Source: a virus
Taxonomy: Duplodnaviria > Caudoviricetes
IMG/VR virus record: IMGVR_UViG_3300021400_003144
Direction: 5' to 3' (one strand)
DNA: 64,000 bases
Shown here: positions 40,096-50,828 of the stretch, in pieces
Numbering within the stretch: the first letter of the stretch is position 1
How the letters are laid out: every line of letters begins with the position of its first letter
Notes under the pieces: model-generated
What the model was told of the DNA's origin: nothing
Seen by the model: only the letters and a program-made list of their open reading frames with translations
Database searches by the model: none
Program-made: the position numbers and the translations under genes

Positions 40096-40180
40096 AGAGG
40101 ATATAGGAAACTATATCCTCTTTTTTATTGTAAAAATATTTAAAATAAGTATTGAAATTTATATGAAATTGTGTTATTAT
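40096..40180 (+). promoter_or_regulatory. terminator plus extended -10 sigmaA promoter module
   Basis: AGAGGATATAG/CTATATCCTCT plus T-tract; AAGTA-TTGAAA(40152)-17-TATTAT with TG. Confidence 0.75.
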
Positions 40181-40221
40181 AAATATAATTGATAAGGTTA
40201 GATTGTACTAGGAGATAAGTT

Positions 40222-40650
40222 ATGGAAAGGTCAGAAGTAGTAAATAAAATCATTGAGAATAGTATTGCATACTTAAATGAGTACTTAAGTGAGATTAATG
40301 TGCATACACTTACACATGGTTGGACAGATAGAGAGAAAGCATACGTTGTAGCTATTATATATGGTATTATAAGATACTTTGAAGATGATGCAGGATTAAG
40401 ACAGGTGGATGCAAAGAGTGGAAAGTATATACTTGATGATGTAAGTATACTATTACTTAGTGAGAGCAGGACTTCCTTAGGTGAGAGAATTTTACATAGG
40501 GTAATAGATAGTATGCATTTAGAGTCAGTATTTTTACTTTCAAGTTGGATGAATGATAGGTTTATTAGAGACAATATAATTGGAACATTTGAACTTTGTG
40601 CATTTGAGAAGAAGCATGAGGGTGAGTGTATGAAGCTTGAGAGTGCTTAA
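40222..40650 (+). CDS. hypothetical protein
   Basis: AGGAG RBS after the promoter. Confidence 0.75.
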   Translation: MERSEVVNKIIENSIAYLNEYLSEINVHTLTHGWTDREKAYVVAIIYGIIRYFEDDAGLRQVDAKSGKYILDDVSILLLSESRTSLGERILHRVIDSMHLESVFLLSSWMNDRFIRDNIIGTFELCAFEKKHEGECMKLESA

Positions 40651-40709
40651 GATTGAGAGTGATTTGATATGAACAGTAATTGTATCAGTAAAGATTTGGA
40701 GGATAGGCA

Positions 40710-41033
40710 ATGGACAATAAAGAAGCATACATTGAACTTCATAAGTTCTATGAAGCTATATTTAAGAGTAACATTAAAAATGTTATTAAAGATGCAGATA
40801 AGCTTGATGAAGCTTTTAAGGTTGCTTTTGATTACTTAACTGTAAAGAAACCAAGCTGTTTAAATGATGATGAAATAGAGACATTTCAGTCATATATTGA
40901 CGATGATGACATGCAAACTGCTTTTGGAAACAGTGACTGGTGTGAAATATATAGTAAGATTACTAATGGTACTTTTACTGGCAAGGCTATAAGACTTAAA
41001 GAACATTGGGATGAAGATGGTGGTGAATATTAA
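40710..41033 (+). CDS. acidic hypothetical protein
   Basis: GGAGG RBS. Confidence 0.75.
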   Translation: MDNKEAYIELHKFYEAIFKSNIKNVIKDADKLDEAFKVAFDYLTVKKPSCLNDDEIETFQSYIDDDDMQTAFGNSDWCEIYSKITNGTFTGKAIRLKEHWDEDGGEY

Positions 41034-41220
41034 GAATGGTTTTATGAATAAGTTAATACAACAAGCAAAAGAAAAATATCCAGTAAGTATATGCTATAAG
41101 GGCAGATTGACAGTAGAAGAATTAAATGAACTTGAAAAATATTGTGATGTGCATGCTTTTTCAGTATATATGAATGGTACTGTAGTATATAGTATAAGAT
41201 ACAGAAAGGAACAAATATGA
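41011..41220 (+). CDS. small hypothetical protein (start may be 41044)
   Basis: ATGA overlap with the next ORF. Confidence 0.55.
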   Translation: MKMVVNIKNGFMNKLIQQAKEKYPVSICYKGRLTVEELNELEKYCDVHAFSVYMNGTVVYSIRYRKEQI

Positions 41221-41441
41221 CAAGTTTAATTGGAAGTAGATTCTTAGTTGATATAGATGATGAAGATAATGTAGTTGTCAAGTGTAGAACTAATAAGGGT
41301 TTTGAAGATGAAACAGAGAGTATTTTAAAGGGTGGAGCAGAGGCAGAAGAACTTCTTTATGACCTTATATATGCAGTTCAACGACTAGTAAAAGAAAGAG
41401 ATGAGCTGAAAGGCAAGATTGAAAACAATGAGAAAGTATAA
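41217..41441 (+). CDS. small acidic hypothetical protein
   Basis: AAGGA RBS. Confidence 0.65.
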   Translation: MTSLIGSRFLVDIDDEDNVVVKCRTNKGFEDETESILKGGAEAEELLYDLIYAVQRLVKERDELKGKIENNEKV

Positions 41442-41462
41442 GTTACAAGAAAGGTAAATTAT

Positions 41463-41783
41463 ATGGCTGAGAATAAATCAATACGTACAAATGGTGAAGT
41501 TATAATGCTACTTGCAAATGAATACTATCTTGAGACAAGTAATTGTGGAGAAACAGTTAAGATTCAGTTAGGAGATAATGTAGCAGAGATTGATGGTAAG
41601 TGGTTTAATCAGCCATGTGATGTATCAAGTCTGGCAAAACCTTATCTTATGAAGCTAAAAGCTAAGATGGAAGAAAGAGACAATGATAAGAGTGAAATAG
41701 CTAGTAATAGTATTTATGCAGGCTATCACTTAGCAGTAGAGCATATGATTGAAGAGATTAATACTATGATTGGTGAGAAGTAA
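41463..41783 (+). CDS. hypothetical protein
   Basis: AAAGGT RBS. Confidence 0.7.
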   Translation: MAENKSIRTNGEVIMLLANEYYLETSNCGETVKIQLGDNVAEIDGKWFNQPCDVSSLAKPYLMKLKAKMEERDNDKSEIASNSIYAGYHLAVEHMIEEINTMIGEK

Positions 41784-41798
41784 AATAAAGGGAAAGAT

Positions 41799-42029
41799 AT
41801 GTTTAATCTAGTAGAAAGTGGAAAGTTACTTAAAAAGTTGATTAAAGAGTCAAAGTATTCCATGAGAGAAATCTGTAAGATGCTTAATATAAGTAGAACA
41901 GCTATGTATGCTTGGTTCAGAGGTGAGTCACTGCCATCACTTGATAACTTATTCTTTTTAGCTGAGATACTTGATAAGAGACCAGATGAACTAATAGTTT
42001 ATGAGAGTATTTTAGACAGAGTAGCATAA
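41799..42029 (+). CDS. XRE-family helix-turn-helix regulator
   Basis: SMREICKMLNISRTAMYAWFRGESLPSLDNLFFLAEIL. Confidence 0.88.
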   Translation: MFNLVESGKLLKKLIKESKYSMREICKMLNISRTAMYAWFRGESLPSLDNLFFLAEILDKRPDELIVYESILDRVA

Positions 42030-42037
42030 TTAAAGTT

Positions 42038-42130
42038 AAGGGCTATTATATAATTAAATATAATAGTTCTTTTTTATTTGAATAAAAGTTTTAAATTAGT
42101 ATTGAAATTTTAGATAAATTGTGATAAAAT
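42038..42130 (+). promoter_or_regulatory. terminator plus extended -10 sigmaA promoter module
   Basis: AAGGGCTATTATAT/ATATAATAGTTCTT plus T-tract; AGTA-TTGAAA(42102)-17-TAAAAT with TG. Confidence 0.7.
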
Positions 42131-42177
42131 AATAGAAGTTGAAATAATTGAGATACAAGTTATTAAAGGTGAAGGTA

Positions 42178-42714
42178 ATGACTATACAAGAGAGAATAGA
42201 CATTGATAGAACTTTTGGTACATTAGGTGGTAATGTAAGTAACATTGTAATAACAGATTTACAGGGAACTAAGTTTTGTGAGTCTTTAAGAATGCTAGAA
42301 AGCTATAATGATTTTATATTATATCAACGGTATCAAGGTACAGATAGGTTTCAGTTTGTAGATAGTAGTCGTTATAGTTTTCCTAGAAATATAAGTGTGG
42401 TTGAATCTGTTAAAATATATATTGATAACAATGAATACAATAAATTTATGAGTATACCATATACAGATGATGTGGAGATTTCACAGTTTGGATATGGAAT
42501 TATGATAGAGATTAAATATTATGCTTTAAATAAGCATACTAGACATTATATAAATCAATATATTATAAAAAGATTCATTAGTTTTAAGAAATGGTGTCAT
42601 TCAGATTTAGCTGGGGCAGTATATAAAGTATTAGATACCAGTCTAAATGTGAATGATTACATCATGGATACTTCACATGATAGATACATGGAATATATGG
42701 AATTATTTAAGTGA
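42178..42714 (+). CDS. distant member of the MxxKExxDxKxTF family
   Basis: MTIQERIDIDRTFG...NIVITDL; follows the same promoter module. Confidence 0.65.
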   Translation: MTIQERIDIDRTFGTLGGNVSNIVITDLQGTKFCESLRMLESYNDFILYQRYQGTDRFQFVDSSRYSFPRNISVVESVKIYIDNNEYNKFMSIPYTDDVEISQFGYGIMIEIKYYALNKHTRHYINQYIIKRFISFKKWCHSDLAGAVYKVLDTSLNVNDYIMDTSHDRYMEYMELFK

Positions 42715-42731
42715 TGATGAAGGAGTAAAAA

Positions 42732-43001
42732 ATGACAATTGAACTATTTTTAATTTGGATTTTTGTTGAGGTAGCTTGTATTACTGGCATTAGTTATTGC
42801 ATATTTGAGTTTGTACTAATGAGACTTCCATTTAAGATAGTTAGCATAACTAAGTATGATAAGGATACTTATATAATAAAAGTTAGTAGACTCTGGTTGA
42901 AATATGAATATATAACCGGTAGAGAAATGGAAGTTAATGATTTCGATAGAAACATTAATTTTAAAATAGTTATACAGGAAGAGAAAAAGAATGAGCAGTA
43001 A
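42732..43001 (+). CDS. small membrane protein
   Basis: AAGGAG RBS; N-terminal TM helix. Confidence 0.7.
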   Translation: MTIELFLIWIFVEVACITGISYCIFEFVLMRLPFKIVSITKYDKDTYIIKVSRLWLKYEYITGREMEVNDFDRNINFKIVIQEEKKNEQ

Positions 43002-43039
43002 AGGGTGAATTTTGAGATTTAAAACGGAGAAGAAAATAA

Positions 43040-43573
43040 ATGATTTGGTTGACCAGTGATTTACATTATAATCACAATAGAGATTTTATATACAAGCCTA
43101 GAGGTTTTAATAGTGTTGGTGAAATGAATAAAGCTATATTAAAGACTTGGGATGGGCAGGTTAAAGATAATGATACGGTTTATGTACTTGGTGATTTAGC
43201 TCTGAATTTAAAGGAAGAAGAACTTAAGAAGTTTGTAGATGGTCTTAAGGGTGAAATTCATATTATTCTGGGTAATCATGATACTATAAACAGGGAGGCA
43301 GTATATAAAACTTGTAAGAACGTAGTAGAAGTAGTCTATGCTAAAGTAATTAAGTATGACAAGATAGTATTTTATTTGAGTCATTATCCAACTTTAGTAA
43401 GTAATTTAAGAGACCAGCCTAGGTATTGTTTATGCGGACATACACATACTAAGAATCCTTTAGAGCATTGGGATTTAGGGAATATAATTCATGTAGAATT
43501 AGATTCTTGGAACAATGCATTGGTTAGTATTGATGATGTAATTAAATTAATTGAAGAAAATTCAGATTTGTAA
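43040..43573 (+). CDS. calcineurin-like metallophosphoesterase
   Basis: SDLHYNH, LGD, LGNHD, LSHYP, GHTH. Confidence 0.92.
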   Translation: MIWLTSDLHYNHNRDFIYKPRGFNSVGEMNKAILKTWDGQVKDNDTVYVLGDLALNLKEEELKKFVDGLKGEIHIILGNHDTINREAVYKTCKNVVEVVYAKVIKYDKIVFYLSHYPTLVSNLRDQPRYCLCGHTHTKNPLEHWDLGNIIHVELDSWNNALVSIDDVIKLIEENSDL

Positions 43574-43651
43574 TGAGTAGCATATGTAAATAAGATGATA
43601 AGCTTTATAAAAGCATATATCATATAAATAAATTTAAAGGAGTAATAAATT

Positions 43652-44452
43652 ATGAAAGCAAAGAACATTGGAGCAGTAGTTTTAACAGCAGCATTTATGG
43701 TAGCAGGTAGCATGATGAGTTTTGCAGATACAAATGGAGCAGAACTTATCAACAACTATAAGGCTAAGGTTGCCGGAGCACAGTCAGTAACTTGGAATCA
43801 GCAGGACAATATGTATGAGACACATACTAGTAATTATGATGGCACAAGTACATATAAGAATGAAGCATTTTCAACTGTGTTGTTTAACAATGGTTGCAGA
43901 TATACTCAGACAACAGGTCAGACTGGTTCAGATGTTTATGGTTATAATCAGTACAGTGTTGTAAACTATAAGCAGAAGGTTGGAGATAACATACATAATG
44001 TAGAAATGAATAACGGTGTTGTAGGTAATGTATCAGATTATCAGGATGCATTAATGAATCTGAATACACTTGATGCCGTACTTAATGTACATGGAGATGA
44101 AGTACTTACAACAGCAGTTGATGGAACTGGTAATCCTGAGTATGTGGTTTATGGTCATGTAACTAAGGATGAGTTTAGCAAGAGCGAACTTGCACTTAAT
44201 CTTGAAGAGTTAATGTATACAGCAGTTTCAGATATTGGTGATTCAGTTTGGGTAAATCCAACTTATGAAGCACACTTTGATGCAGCTACAGGTGACCTCA
44301 AGTCAATTACAGTTGATGCTTCACCAGCTTATACATACAAGGAGCAGTCAACTGCTACAGCAACTGGTGGTACAGATATAGTTGATTATGTACAGTTGTC
44401 AACATTCAATAACATAAAGTTTAATGAAGGTACCGTTGTAATGCCAGCTTAA
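43652..44452 (+). CDS. secreted protein with a beta-rich (LolA-like?) body
   Basis: Signal peptide ending SFA; beta-strand-rich sequence. Confidence 0.7.
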   Translation: MKAKNIGAVVLTAAFMVAGSMMSFADTNGAELINNYKAKVAGAQSVTWNQQDNMYETHTSNYDGTSTYKNEAFSTVLFNNGCRYTQTTGQTGSDVYGYNQYSVVNYKQKVGDNIHNVEMNNGVVGNVSDYQDALMNLNTLDAVLNVHGDEVLTTAVDGTGNPEYVVYGHVTKDEFSKSELALNLEELMYTAVSDIGDSVWVNPTYEAHFDAATGDLKSITVDASPAYTYKEQSTATATGGTDIVDYVQLSTFNNIKFNEGTVVMPA

Positions 44453-44478
44453 GTTAATAGCAGGGAGATATAGTAGAT

Positions 44479-45916
44479 ATGCGAAAGATTATTAAATCAG
44501 TAGCAGTATTAACATTAATGACATCTGTAGTAGCTTGTGGTAAAGCTACTACAGATGCAGGAATAGCTAAAGATAAGGGAATAGCTGAGGTAAACACTGA
44601 AGTATCATCAGATGATAAAAGTGAATCAGATGATAAAAATGTAGAAGCAGCTAAAGGTTCCATTGCAGAGCAGGTAACTGTTACTAAAGACTCTGATATG
44701 TATGAAGCCAGAGAGATAGATACAAAAATAACATTTGATGAGTCTGAGAAAAAGCATATACTTGATAACTTATCTGTTGATACATTTGATGATACCTTTG
44801 AAGTAGTTGATGCATTTTGGGGTAACAGCAGTATATCAGGATTAACATTAATGGTTAAGAATAAGCTTGATAGACCTGTGTATATTTGCAGTAAAACTAC
44901 AGGATACACAGGAGATAAGTTCACAGGGTCACATCTGGAGTATAGTAGTCATCCTGCTATTATAGATGCTGGTGAAGTACTTCCAGTATCTATTGGAAGT
45001 TTAAGTTTGGAGTATTTTGGTAAGCCAGACACTATAAAAGTAGAATTACTCAGGGAAGTAGCAGGATTAATGTTTGATGGTCTTACATATAAACCATTAA
45101 GTGAGGAAGATTATACTTTTGAAAAAGGTGAGTTAAATAGTAAGAAATTAAAGAATGGTAAGACTAAATATAGCTGTGAAGTAAACTACAAGCTTAACGG
45201 ATTATCCGATGCTGATATTGAAGGGTATATATGTGGTATTTAAAAAGAATGGAAAGCCAGTATACTCAGAGGATTCACATGTATATAAGCAGTCAGATAC
45301 ATTCAAGTTTAATTTTAATACTGAATATGATGTAGACGACTATGATGTATATTTCTCTTTATATTCTATATATGATGATAATGATAAAGTATCAGAGTAT
45401 AATAATGAAGATTTATTAGCTCTTAAGGATAAGTTAGGTACTCTTGAGGAATGTAAAGATTACATAAGTGATGATGGTCTAATCAAGGTTAGATTGGAAA
45501 GGGCTACAGATCCAGGTTATAGTACTGATTATTTACTATCTATAGAAAATATAGGTAACATTGTAGTTGATACTGATATATTTATAAATGATGATTATAT
45601 CAGTGTGGATGGGCTTAGACATGGGGATGTTGTTCACAGAGCATCAACTATACGTGAAGATGATCTTGACAGCTCTTTAAATGGATTAATGCTATTAGGT
45701 TTTAATAATAAAATAGTAGACCTTAGAAAAGTTGATGGTGATAATCAGTATAATATAGTAGATATACCTGATGAGAATAAAGAACTGGTGCAGGATGATA
45801 GTTTAGCAGATGACGAACAGGTGGTATACAAGTTTAAAGATTATAATGCAGACTACAAATATATAGTTTATTTAACTAGTGAAAAACCTGATAGTATTTA
45901 TAGCACTGATTTGTGA
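44479..45916 (+). pseudogene. lipoprotein apparently split by a 1-nt frameshift near 45221-45240 (ORFs 44479-45243 and 45209-45916)
   Basis: Lipobox VVAC; 35-nt overlap; no clear RBS for the second ORF; removing one G of GAAGGG gives continuous ADIEG-IYVVFKKNGKPV. Confidence 0.55.
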
Positions 45917-45962
45917 GGATTAACAAGGAAGTTAATACGAAAAGGAGTAGTAGAAAAAGACA

Positions 45963-48710
45963 ATGAAATTAACGATTAAGAACAAATTATTATTTTTCCT
46001 GACCTGTGCTGCAATGTCGCTATGGGCAAGTCAGGCATATGCGAAAGATGCAGGCGGATTTTCAGTATATGTATCACAGATAGAACGGCCAAGTGGTTTC
46101 GATAACTGTTATATATGTTTGGAATCATCTAATCTATCACGAATTAACGAAGGAATGTACATTCCTTCAGTGACGTATTCCGTGTTCAAACAAGATGGTA
46201 CTTTTGTAAAATCGTATACATCAAGCCAGTATCAAAGTCAGGTGACGAACAGTTCAGAAGATCTGGAATATGGCGATTATTATATGGAAATCACAGACTT
46301 GCCAAGCCCGTATTATGTTCCGAAAGATTCATCAGGGAAACCTTTAAGATATGAGTTTACGGTTTCGGAAGATAATAAGGTTCCATATATATATGCGAAG
46401 GCAGGTATTAAAACAGGATTGATTAACCTTAAGGCATTGCCTCCCGATAAAAATGAATACGTGTATTTTTATAACGGCGGAAATGGAGCACGTACCACTG
46501 ATAATCTTCGGGATAAATTATATTGGACAGGTTATGATTTAGGTTCACACGATTTCAGAATTATGTTTTCAAATGATATGGATCCAAACTATATAGGAGG
46601 AGTACCAGGTTCTAACGCTCCTACGCCACTGACAATTACTGTTACTGATCCTCATCCCGGCGACATATATAACAAATATCTGGATGTAGAAGCAAGTGAT
46701 TGGTCCAAACTAGGTTTCAATTTAAAAGATATAAGAAAAACATATAATCCTCGTGTAAAAATAAAACATAATGATGAACAGCCGATAGGTACATTTTCAT
46801 TATACAAATATGGTCGAAAAATCGCAGATTGTACACCGGAGAAGGTCTCGTGGGGTACATCAAAAATGACAGAATATTTGCTAAACTTTTCTGAAGCTGG
46901 TCTCTTGTTCAACAGAGATGATATAAGAGAAAAAAATAAATATTATATAGTTCAAAATGTACCGGAAGGTTATGATGAATACACATTCGACACAGAGAGG
47001 AAATATCTTAATATAGACGTCACACTAAATAATGACGAACTTGAGATAAAATGTGAAGATGAATTTGAAATTAATAACCCTCTAAGTGAGATAGATATAA
47101 CCCTCACAAAAACAGCATGGTGGCTCAATGGCATTATAAGCAGTAATGATGAAGTTGTATTATTAAATGAGAATGGCGATGAGCTTGCAAGAACAAAGCC
47201 TGATAAAGATGGTTATTTAAAATGGAATGTGCATTTTACTAAAGATGATATTGGAGAACATACATATTCCTATAAACCAATACCGACAGAAGAAAATAAC
47301 TATAACGAAAGGGAGGCAGATTGGCCTGTAAAAATAGAATTAGGTGAAGATAAGGATGGTAATCTGATAAAAAAACCTGAAACTGACGCATACGCTACAA
47401 ATATGAGCGCTATAATCCCACTTAGGATAAAGGAAACGTTTCCGGCAGGAAAGTACGCACTATATCCAAAAGGAGCATCAGAATCTAGTATAAACCGAAG
47501 GATTATAGAAACTGATGAAAATGGTATATTCGATACAGGATATCTGTTTATTTCAAAATCAGTGAATCATGACAAAGGTGCAGAATATGAATTTGAGTAT
47601 TGTATTAAACAGATATCTACAGAAGATGGTTCGGAACCTGATGAAGAAGAAAAAGAAATTGTTTTAAAAGTAACAATAGAGGACGTGAGAGTTAATAAAG
47701 AAATAAGCACATATAAGGGAGAATTTATAAATCTTGATAAGATAACATTCAATAATGCACCGGCATCGTATGATCTTGTATTAGAGATTCCTGTCGAGAC
47801 ACATAAGGCACCAACAAATAATTTTATCCTTGTAACTGATGATGGTATCGAGCTTGGTGAGTCAAATGTGAAGGATGGCAAATTAAAATTTAACATCACA
47901 CTATCAAAGGATGAGCTTGGTGAGCATACTTTCTATATCTATCAGCTGGATGATGATATCGAAGGATACGAGCTAGATACATCACTACTAGAAGTGAATG
48001 TAAATATCACAAAAGAAAACACCAGAAAAAGCGGAGATGGAGCGAAAATCAATACTGCTGTAACAAATGCACCTATTGAGATAAAAAATGTAAAGCTTGA
48101 AAAGGCATCGTCATCCGAAATACCTAAAAAGAAGAACAATGCAAGTGATATAAAGGCGGATGAGAATAAGACAAATTCAAGCAATGCTGTGATTGGACTT
48201 CAAAATGAGAATGGTAAATCTTTAGAAAATGCAAACAAAGCAGCAGAGGAAGATGTATCAAAAGATAAGGATAAAGCAGCAGAGGCTGAAAAGAAAGTTC
48301 AGAAGAACGAGACATCGGATGATGACGATAATGAAGAAACATGGGATGGCGACTGGATTCTTCAGCCAGATAAGGTTCATTGGAAGTTCAGATTGTATCC
48401 ATCGCCAAGCAATAAATATGTATACGACTGTGATAAAACACTTCCTGTTCACGGAAGATATGGAGAGTATTTCGACTATCATTTCGATAAAGAAGGATAT
48501 ATGGTCACCGGATGGTATTATAATCGCGACAAAAAGAAGTGGTTTTACTACGATACAGACGGAGCAAAGGTATACGGCTGGAAGAAAATTAATGAAAAGT
48601 GGTATTTCTTCAATAATGATAAGAATAGTACATACAGAGGAGAAATGTTCGAAAATTGCAGTGTGAATGGCTATAAGCTTGGAGCAGATGGAGCTCTTAT
48701 TGAAAATTAA
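45963..48710 (+). CDS. secreted surface protein with SpaA/FctA-like Ig domains and C-terminal cell-wall (choline-binding-type) repeats
   Basis: Signal peptide; LEYGDYYMEI; repeated (D/E)(D/E)(I/L)GEHT(Y/F); GYMVTGW, WFYYDTDG, GWKKINEKWYFF, GYKLGADGAL. Confidence 0.8.
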   Translation: MKLTIKNKLLFFLTCAAMSLWASQAYAKDAGGFSVYVSQIERPSGFDNCYICLESSNLSRINEGMYIPSVTYSVFKQDGTFVKSYTSSQYQSQVTNSSEDLEYGDYYMEITDLPSPYYVPKDSSGKPLRYEFTVSEDNKVPYIYAKAGIKTGLINLKALPPDKNEYVYFYNGGNGARTTDNLRDKLYWTGYDLGSHDFRIMFSNDMDPNYIGGVPGSNAPTPLTITVTDPHPGDIYNKYLDVEASDWSKLGFNLKDIRKTYNPRVKIKHNDEQPIGTFSLYKYGRKIADCTPEKVSWGTSKMTEYLLNFSEAGLLFNRDDIREKNKYYIVQNVPEGYDEYTFDTERKYLNIDVTLNNDELEIKCEDEFEINNPLSEIDITLTKTAWWLNGIISSNDEVVLLNENGDELARTKPDKDGYLKWNVHFTKDDIGEHTYSYKPIPTEENNYNEREADWPVKIELGEDKDGNLIKKPETDAYATNMSAIIPLRIKETFPAGKYALYPKGASESSINRRIIETDENGIFDTGYLFISKSVNHDKGAEYEFEYCIKQISTEDGSEPDEEEKEIVLKVTIEDVRVNKEISTYKGEFINLDKITFNNAPASYDLVLEIPVETHKAPTNNFILVTDDGIELGESNVKDGKLKFNITLSKDELGEHTFYIYQLDDDIEGYELDTSLLEVNVNITKENTRKSGDGAKINTAVTNAPIEIKNVKLEKASSSEIPKKKNNASDIKADENKTNSSNAVIGLQNENGKSLENANKAAEEDVSKDKDKAAEAEKKVQKNETSDDDDNEETWDGDWILQPDKVHWKFRLYPSPSNKYVYDCDKTLPVHGRYGEYFDYHFDKEGYMVTGWYYNRDKKKWFYYDTDGAKVYGWKKINEKWYFFNNDKNSTYRGEMFENCSVNGYKLGADGALIEN

Positions 48711-48748
48711 AAGAGATTATAGGGCACACAAGAAAGGTAAATGTTTTT

Positions 48749-49579
48749 ATGAGCTATGAAGTAAAAAATTTTGCACAGGCAGCAGCAGGATTCACCACTG
48801 ACAACGACGACATCAAGATCACAGAGCATGGAGGACCGTTCAGTGTAATCGAGTACGCAAGGGATCTTTCGGTAGGACCGTATACTGCCGAGACTATGTT
48901 CTTTGCATCTAAGATGGGAGTGCATAAGAGACAGGTGGTTTGTGACCTTTCAAAGGGTTCTGTCACTGTACAGGCAGGTGCAATGCAGTGGATGCTTGGA
49001 AATGTAAATGCTTCATCTGGTATTAAGGGTGCAGGTGACCTTATTGGAAAGATGTTTAATGCTAAGGTTACTGGCGAGACAGCTGTTAAACCTGAATATA
49101 ATGGAACTGGTACACTGGTATTAGAGCCTACATACAGACACTTGTTAATACTGAACACAAGAGAGTTTGGTGGAGCTATGGTACTTGATGATGGAATGTT
49201 TCTTGCATGTCAGTCAAATTTAAAATTGCAGACAGTGATGAGGTCAAACTTATCAAGTGCAGTTGCTGGTGGAGAAGGTTTGTTTAACCTTTGTTTAGTA
49301 GGGGATGGATTTGCAGTATGCGAGTCTAATGTACCTAGAGAGGAACTTATAGAAATTGAACTAAATAATGATGAGCTTAAGGTTGATGGAAACTTTGCAG
49401 TAGCTTGGTCACATACACTTCAATTTACAGTTGAGAAGTCAACTAAGAGTATTATAGGTTCAATAGCTAGTGGAGAAGGCTTAGTAAATGTTTACAGAGG
49501 AACTGGAAAAGTTCTTTTAGCTCCTGTAGGTGGGCAGGCAACAAGTTATGCTAGCAATAAAGGTACAATTCATAACTAA
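48749..49579 (+). CDS. AIM24 (DUF124) family protein
   Basis: QAGAMQW, TGETAVKPEY, GGEGLFN, VDGNFAVAW, SGEGLVNVYRGTG. Confidence 0.88.
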   Translation: MSYEVKNFAQAAAGFTTDNDDIKITEHGGPFSVIEYARDLSVGPYTAETMFFASKMGVHKRQVVCDLSKGSVTVQAGAMQWMLGNVNASSGIKGAGDLIGKMFNAKVTGETAVKPEYNGTGTLVLEPTYRHLLILNTREFGGAMVLDDGMFLACQSNLKLQTVMRSNLSSAVAGGEGLFNLCLVGDGFAVCESNVPREELIEIELNNDELKVDGNFAVAWSHTLQFTVEKSTKSIIGSIASGEGLVNVYRGTGKVLLAPVGGQATSYASNKGTIHN

Positions 49580-49612
49580 AAATTTTTAAGTTTAAAGGAG
49601 AGTAAGCAGCTA

Positions 49613-50767
49613 ATGGGAAGAGCAGGAGGCGGTAGTTCAGGTGGTGGACACTCATTTGGAGGTGGACATTCATTTGGTGGAAGCAGAGCAGGCGGACACA
49701 CATTTGGAGGAAGCAGTAGAGCAGGGTCTGGAAGTCATAGGTCAACATCAAGTAGCTTTAGTGGATTTAGCAGTTCATCAAGTAGTCATCATAGCAATGA
49801 TAGTTTATTAGGTGAGGTTGCTAGAGGGGCTGCTAGAGAAGTTGGCAGGCAGATGATTAGAAACAGTACAAGTTCAAGACACTATAACAATTATGGTTCT
49901 GGCTATGGTTATGGCGGAATGGGTGGAATGTCTTTTGGAGGCTCTGGTTATGAAACAACATCCAGAAGAGATGAAGGTGGACTTGTTGGAGCAATAGTAA
50001 ATCTTATTGTATTTGTAATTATAGCAGTTGTAGCATTTGGTATTTTTAGTAGAGCTAATGGTTCTGATATAAAAAGTACAATTCAGAGAGAAAAGCTAAC
50101 TGGAACAAGCTATAATGCTAATAGCGTTGTTGTTGGAGATGAGCTTGGATATATTGATTCAACATCAGAGCTTGGTAAGGAACTTAAAGAGTTTTATACT
50201 GATACAGGTGTTCAGCCTTATATCTATATTAAGGGTTATGACCCAAGCTTAACTAGTAACACTGATAAAACAAATTGGGCACAGCAGTTCTATGATAGTC
50301 AGATAAATGATACAAATGGATTTATGTTTATCTATTTTGGTTCAGCTGATGATGTAAATAATAGTATACCAGACTCTCAGAAGGATATAGGGTACATGTC
50401 ATATGTAGTTGGTGGTGCAGCTGGTTCAGTTATGGACGAAGAAGCTTGTGAGATATTCTGGAGTTATGTTGATAGATACTGGACATCAGATATGTCAACT
50501 GAGGATATGTTTGGTACAGTCTTTAGTAAAACAGCTAATTCTATTATGAAAGTTGATAAGACTGATAAGCAAACAGGAATGACAATGGTAATAGTTCTTG
50601 CAGGCTTAGGTATTGGAATTGTAGCAGTAGTATTAATTACTAAGAAGTTTAAGAGAGATAAAGAAAAGGCTGCTGAGACAGAGAGAATACTTAATTCAAA
50701 TATTGATACACTTTCAAATGAAGCTAACAGTGCTTCAAATGATGATACAGTTAACAAATACCTATAG
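49613..50767 (+). CDS. membrane protein with Gly/Ser-rich N-terminus and TPM-like extracellular domain
   Basis: GGHSFG repeats, TM, DELGYI...FYTDTGVQPYI...VMDEEA, TM. Confidence 0.7.
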   Translation: MGRAGGGSSGGGHSFGGGHSFGGSRAGGHTFGGSSRAGSGSHRSTSSSFSGFSSSSSSHHSNDSLLGEVARGAAREVGRQMIRNSTSSRHYNNYGSGYGYGGMGGMSFGGSGYETTSRRDEGGLVGAIVNLIVFVIIAVVAFGIFSRANGSDIKSTIQREKLTGTSYNANSVVVGDELGYIDSTSELGKELKEFYTDTGVQPYIYIKGYDPSLTSNTDKTNWAQQFYDSQINDTNGFMFIYFGSADDVNNSIPDSQKDIGYMSYVVGGAAGSVMDEEACEIFWSYVDRYWTSDMSTEDMFGTVFSKTANSIMKVDKTDKQTGMTMVIVLAGLGIGIVAVVLITKKFKRDKEKAAETERILNSNIDTLSNEANSASNDDTVNKYL

Positions 50768-50828
50768 TAGCTAATAAATAGTATAGGTATATAAATAAAA
50801 TTTTTAAAGATTAAGGAGAGTAACAATT

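Noticed and set aside
49613-49800. GGHSFG/Gly-Ser repeats
   Set aside because: Ordinary low-complexity N-terminus for this type of membrane protein.
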